Made by a program: the position numbers and the translations under genes. Below are positions 58,102-64,000 of a stretch of 64,000 bases of DNA, piece by piece; the stretch's first letter is position 1, and each line of letters starts with the position of its first letter. The notes beneath the pieces are model-generated. The model did no database searches. It saw only the letters and a program-made list of their open reading frames with translations, and was not told the origin of the DNA. Location: the NCBI GenBank assembly GCA_965645245.1, contig OZ287088.1, forward strand, positions 930,001 to 994,000, written 5' to 3'. Source of the stretch: Massalongia carnosa (taxonomy: Eukaryota).

Positions 58102-61100
58102 TGTAAGGGGTCAAGTCTAACAGCGTGACTACTATATGGATTCGTGATGAATGTACGAATAGAGAGTGGTAAATCAATAAATTGATCAGTGACCCCTCGA
58201 AAGAAGTAGGCGATCAGGTCTTTATCCTATAGCCCCACTTCTTAGGGTCACCAGTCCGTTGATTTAATTACAGTGATTATGATTGGTACAATGAAAAGAA
58301 GAATACGAACACGAGCCGTGTCCTAGTCAGAGATCGGAGATCGGTTATAACTACCGATTCGCTTATGTCAGGACGTGCGTGACCTGACATTACCCTCCTT
58401 CTAGGGCTCATGTCCTCAGGAGCCCGATGTGGAAGTTCTGTATAACTTCATGTCGCATGTGGTTCCGGGTACTGCCCGAGTACTAGGGATAGCATCTTCA
58501 GACACACGTTATCCGTGTTCAGTCTAGAAGTCATGCTTGCTGTTATGAGTCCAAGTCTCAACTCTTTCTTATTTGTTTGTTGACGTCTCATCAGTCTTAA
58601 CCCTTTGTTGTTGTTGAGCGTACCTTGCTGGCGGTGCCAAATTTATTGGGCTTAGTGTCTTCTTTCTTTTCATATCAACAGGTAGGGTTCGTTGTTTCTT
58701 TCTCTTCAAACATCACCTCACCTAACTCCGTACTCCATATTTTCATCAATCTTTCATCACTTTACCATCAATCACTCCATCATCAACTCTCATGTCGAGG
58801 TCTAAACAACCTCGGCGTGTTGTTCCGGTTTCTGCCCGTTCATCGCGGGCCAAGCGGTCCCACCCGGCCGTTTCCCCCCCTCCTCGCCCCCGCCGCCCTA
58901 CCACTCCTGGTCCGCAGGACCATGTTTTCCTGGGTGTTTTGGTTTCCCCCGCCGCGCCACCCGTTTCCACCCCGGTTCGTGGCGGCTCCCCCTCTGCCTC
59001 CCCCTTTTCCGCTCCTCCACCCGCCCATTTGGGTGGGGCCTACCACGGAGGTAAGTGTTTGCCTCCGGTGTGTCAAGCAGACCCTTGGGGGCGACCCTGT
59101 CGCCTGTGAGTGGTCCGAGGAGTCGGGGAAGTGTGGGGAGTGTCGCCGGAAGAAGGATAAATGTTTTCCGGTAGGTGGAGCTCTGTTATGGAAAATTTGG
59201 TCTAATTTGGGTAGGTTCCAGTCAATTTCCGCTGCTCGGTGGTTCATCTCTTGGGGGAGGTCTAGTGTCGAATTAATTTAATCATTTTTTGACACTTTTA
59301 GGCCGGATTAGAGGTTGGACCCCCTCCAGGGGAGGATATTTTGGTGGATTGAAAAGGGGGTGAAGGGGTGAGAGAAGGTGGTTGTGGTGTGGTAGATAGC
59401 AGTCTGATCCTGGATCATTCGACTCCAATGGAAATTGTTCATGCCTTCGATTTTCTTTTCTTCCTCGTAGGAGTTCTGGACGGTTTTTCCGGATATTGAT
59501 TATGATAGGAATTAATTAATTCCTGTGATCCTTCCATGTCTTCTACGGATAACCATTGATTATCCGTATCAGAAAATCCTCTCCATTTCACCAGATATTG
59601 GAGTTTTCCATAGTGAATTCTACTATACAGCACCTGTTCTACCTCCCATTGTTCTTCCCCTTCTACTTCTATGGGTAGAGGTGGTTCAGATATTTTGTTC
59701 GGGTCGTATCTATAAGGTTCCAATAGGGAAACATGGAACACATTATGAATGCCCTTCAATAACGGAGAAAGTTGGAGTTTGTAGGCCTGTTTTCCTATAG
59801 GAGAGACAATTTCGTATGGCCCGTAATATTTGTAGTCCAGTTTTTTGGACGGACGAGTGGATTTAATATTGTTTGCGTTCAGGAGGACTTTATAACCCAC
59901 ATTATACGTCTTGGGAATATGTTTCTGATCATGATATCTAGCCTGGGTGCTTGAAGCTGTTTTTAATAATTTCTCCAGGTGTTTTCTTTTGTCCATTATG
60001 TCAGTGGCCAGGACGCGTGCAGCAGGAACCTCGGACCCCTTTTCAGTCAGAATATCGTCTTCCCATTTGGGCGCTTCTACAAATATAGCTTCGAAGAGGG
60101 TCATTTTTATGACACTATGTAAGCTATTATTATAAGCGAATTCTGCCAAGGGTAACCAGTAAGTCCAGTCATCCTACTGATAATTGACGTAGCATCGTAG
60201 ATATTGTTCCAGTGTCTGATTTTGTCTCTCGGTTTGACCATCCGTTTGTGGATGAAAGGCTGTACTGTAACTGAGTCGAATTCTCAAATGATAACAGAAA
60301 TGAGACCAGTATTTTGAGGTGAATAAACTACCCCTATCCGAGACAATAGACACTGGCATACCTCATTTGGTAAATATTTCTTCCACTAGGACGTCAGCCA
60401 TGATTTCAGCATTCCAGTCCTTCCGTGCAGGAATATATCGAGAATATTTACCGATCCACCATGACAAGAATCGCATCATAGGCCACGGTTCGGCGGAGAC
60501 TCGGGGGCAGATCCGTTATGAAGTCCATCGTCCAATTTTGTCTAGGCCCTTTTGGTACGGGTAGGGATTCTAATAATCCGAAGGGCTTATGTCTGGACGA
60601 TTTGACTTGATGACAACGAGTACACGATTCCATATAATGCTTGATGTCCTTGACCATTTCGGGCCAATAATATTTCCTCTGGATCAATTCCAACGTTCTG
60701 GAATAACCAAAGTGGCCCGCATTGGGATCATCATGATTCTGCCGCAAAAGTTCAGCACGTAATAGACCAGGGGGAATATACCACCTATTGTCCCTGCATA
60801 GGATATTATCCTTCATGTGCCATCGGGTTTTTTCTAGGTCTCCTTCGACTTCGCCCCCCGACTCCCGCCCGTCTCGGAGCTGAGAGCCTGACGAGTCTTC
60901 GTTACCCCCCGATTTATCCCTCGACGCGTCATGTAGTCGTCCTATAGAATTCCGCCCCTCTTCCATCGACGATGCAATGGAGGGCCGTTTCTTCTGCACT
61001 AGTTGATCAGGCTCTTGCAGAATTTGTAAAACGGTGCGTAGTTCTATTGGGGCGGCCCCAAACGCCGAGTCTTTCTCAGAGAAATTTTTATCTCTTCCCG

Positions 61101-63080
61101 AGAAATTTCAAACTTCTCATCCGAAGTTTCCACGGCTTGAGTCCAACTGATTTTAAATTAATCAATTTCTCGTGTAACTGAGAGGTATCCGAACTACATC
61201 CTGATTTTTTCCCCTTAGTTCTTCCAACAACCTCAAGAATTTCAGGAATTTCGACAATTTCAGCCGAATCAATTCCAATTCCTTCAGTGGTTTGTTGGGC
61301 CTGCGTAGTACTCCAACAATTTTTGTCGACAACGGGTGGACTCATCAAATTGCGATTTGCCCCGTCTGACAAATTATTTATAGTAGATTCCCAATCCACA
61401 GCATCGTCAGCTACTTGAGATTCATCAATCCCAAGGGCCATTGTCCAATTTGACGTAATGAGCTCCTCTATCCACCCCGATTCCCCTCCGAGACCCCCCC
61501 GAATCTTCTAGGAATTATAGCTCCGGCTTGATGAGACAAGTCGTGCCTTTCTTCCATATAATCTAGGCGTCTAGAGGGTCCATCGGCTGGATTATGACGA
61601 CCTGGACGATATTAAATGACGAGATCAAGACTAGAAAGTCTTTCCCACCATCTCGCCTCTCGTCTAGATAAAGTTTTGGTATTAAGAAAGGTACTAAGAT
61701 TACAATGATCGGTTATTACCCGAATCGAATGTATCGCCCCCTCAAGATAATGTCTCCACTCCTTACATGCTTCAACAATGGCCAACATTTCTGTTTCGCC
61801 AACGCCGTAGTTTAATTCGGCTGAATGCATTTTTCTTGACTAAAAAGCAATTGGATGCCACTGTCCCGTCGATTCAACCAATTGTGATAAAATAACTGAA
61901 ATCGCGACTCCGGACGCGTCCGTCTCTAATTGTATTTTCCGCTTAGGGTCAAAATGCAATAACATAGGAGCGGTGGTAAAAGCATGCTTGAAACGACGAA
62001 GTGATTCTCTTGCTTCTTCGGTGAATGAGAATTTAATATCGAACTTTCCTTTCTTTCCCCCTTTTAGTAGCGTCGTTAAGGCGGCCAGAATGCGCGAGAA
62101 TTCGTTGATAAATCGCCTATAGAAATTTGCAAACCCGAGAAATACTTGAACATCTCGATGATTTTTGGGCTCAGGCCAATTTATAATCGTCGCCACCCGA
62201 GACGAGTCCATAGATATACCATTCCGATTTACAATAAATCCCAGAAATTCAATTTCAGTCTAGTCAAAAAGGCACTTGGATAAGTTCACCTGTAGACTAA
62301 ATTTCCGTAATTTCTCCTGGATTAGTCGGACATGAAATGTATGATCTTTCATCGATTTGGAGAATATCAAAATATCGTCCATGTACATATACCACTACAA
62401 AGTCGTCTAAACATTCCCGTAGGGCTTCGCTTATGCAGGCCTGGAGTGACGCAGGGGCGTTGACTAGTCCGAAAGGCATAACCCGGTATTCAAATTGACC
62501 GTACCTGCATTGAAAAGCCGTTTTCCATTCGTCACCGGCCCGTACCAGGATTTTATGATATGCATCCCGGATATCGAGTTTAGTAAAGTAGACGGCACCA
62601 ACTGGAACATTTAATAGGTTCATGATCAAGGGTAAAGGATATCGATTTTTGATGGTAATAGCGTTCAGTCCCCGATAATCAACACATAGTCTCAGACCAC
62701 CATCTTTTTTCTTGACGAATAAAATAGAAGCACCGGCCGATGAAGCGCTAGGAACTATAAATCCTTTGGCCAAATATTCGTCGAGGTACTCCCGTAATAT
62801 TTGTAACTCGGTCAAGGATAAATTGTATATTGGACCGAATAGAGGCTGTTTTCCTTCCGTATCGATAGCATGATCCTGAGGTCCATGTTCAGGCAACTTC
62901 TGTGCATTATCTTTCGAAAAGACGTCATGGAAATCTGAATATTTGGAAGGGATTTTATTTGTAACCTCCGTCACCGAACCGACTACGGTTCAGGCCCGAT
63001 CGAGCTTCTCGATATGTAAAAGGAATGCCTGAACTCCATCTTTTTCACAAATGTCCCAAATTTTGTCCCTGCTCACTATC
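58102..63080 (-). mobile_element. 5'-truncated Ty3/Gypsy chromovirus; 3' LTR 58102-58389; pol RT-RH-IN-chromodomain with stops
   Basis: TGTAAGG..CCTGACA and PPT (+ TTACCCTCCTT); [67 protein letters not shown]. Confidence 0.93.
58792..59265 (+). other. Antisense spliced ORF in the chromovirus 3' region: Pro/Arg-rich N-terminus + six-Cys motif; 1-nt frameshift at ~59028; intron 59171-59214
   Basis: CLRC-x10-C-x8-CGEC-x6-CFP|VP; GTAGGT..CTAAT..TAG intron; GC-rich island between pol stop and PPT. Confidence 0.6.
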
Positions 63081-63140
63081 GCTACGTGGGTCCACCCAAT
63101 TTAACCAGGGTAGGCCTAGTATCATATCCACCCCGAACAT

Positions 63141-63331
63141 TGTAAAAGGGTGAATAGGGACAAGGGCAGGTGCTGAGGGGAGGGGGGGGGATTGGTGTGG
63201 ACGGAGCGGAGGGGAGGTTTTTCCGGGGCTGAGGCGCCCATTTTTCTATAGATAGGGGAAGTTTCACCCTCTAGACAGACAGGCAAGCAACATTTTTTCT
63301 TTCCTTCAGAGTCAGTATTCGTGTCCGAGTG
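63141..63331. mobile_element. LTR-like repeat, copy of 3763-3954, interrupted 3 bp before its end
   Basis: Near-identical to 3763-3951, then switches to TGTAATG. Confidence 0.65.
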
Positions 63332-63657
63332 TGTAATGGGCTACGAGACCAGTAAGCTTATCACGAGCGACACTGATCTCGAAAGGGGAAATGCTCAGCG
63401 TGAGAGGAGGAAGATAGCTACTACGTGCTAGTCTCCGAGAGTATACGTGATCCAAAGAACTAATGGATGTGGAAGTGCTTAGACCAAGAGATCTCGTCCG
63501 AGACCCAAACGTAGGTTGTTCATAGAATAAAGACTAATTGCTAACGAATACTACAAGATTCGTTCTGATATTTATCCTACTCACCCCAAGCCTATAGCCT
63601 TGGGAGCCTTGGAACCTTAGGAGCCTTGCAAGCCTTGGGAGTCTTGCGAGCATTACA
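63332..63657. mobile_element. LTR of an element probably continuing beyond the window
   Basis: TGTAATG...CATTACA perfect 7-bp inverted termini; no TSD, so not solo; contains short GAGCCTTG repeats. Confidence 0.7.
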
Positions 63658-64000
63658 GCCTTGCAATCCACATCCGACTTTATCGCATTACATCCAACCA
63701 TCCCTCAGGATCCATCCACGAACTCGGCGTTCGCTGGATCATCTAGTCAGCCTCGAGCAGCCTTCTAGATCTTCCCTTGCAAGGTAGAACAATTCTACCC
63801 CCGGCTAGATCCCTCACTACATGCCTCAGGCTATGTAGCTTCATTTCGCCGTCACCACTACCTAGTGATGGAAGGTTACCTCCGACTGAATACCTCGCTA
63901 CACTGCGGACCTGCCTCTAGACACAAGGTCTAGACAACGAGGTCATGTAGGTTCATTCAGCCGACATCACTACCAACGTAGTAATAAAGGTTGAAGCTGA

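Overview
Filamentous-ascomycete (Pezizomycotina-type) DNA, judged from short GT-AG introns with CTRAY-like branch points and fungal TE families. It is a transposon graveyard with a few host genes. Host genes: the 3' part of a NACHT-WD40 NLR with 13 near-identical 126-bp hypervariable repeats (1-3129); an intact Clr5+TPR gene (39400-41406); and four damaged metabolic genes (MFS transporter, Fe/2OG oxygenase, glutamine-synthetase-like ligase, heme-oxygenase-like redox enzyme fragment) that look like one decayed cluster. The most striking structure is the MFS gene: exons 1-4 lie on the minus strand and exons 5-7 on the plus strand, with matching splice phase, i.e. a ~460-bp intragenic inversion. 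Mobile DNA: four Copia elements (one GalEa-type), two Gypsy elements (one a chromovirus carrying an antisense spliced Cys6 ORF), a Tad1-like LINE, two Fot1/pogo elements (one with mismatched ends), a Tc1, piggyBac and MULE fragments, two nested tyrosine-recombinase retroelements inserted without TSD, several solo LTRs, and a duplicated 12-mer-array element. Many frameshifts fall at homopolymers and may be assembly errors; many stops are TGG/CAG>TAG (RIP-like). Family assignments are from motif recognition by eye; no searches were run.
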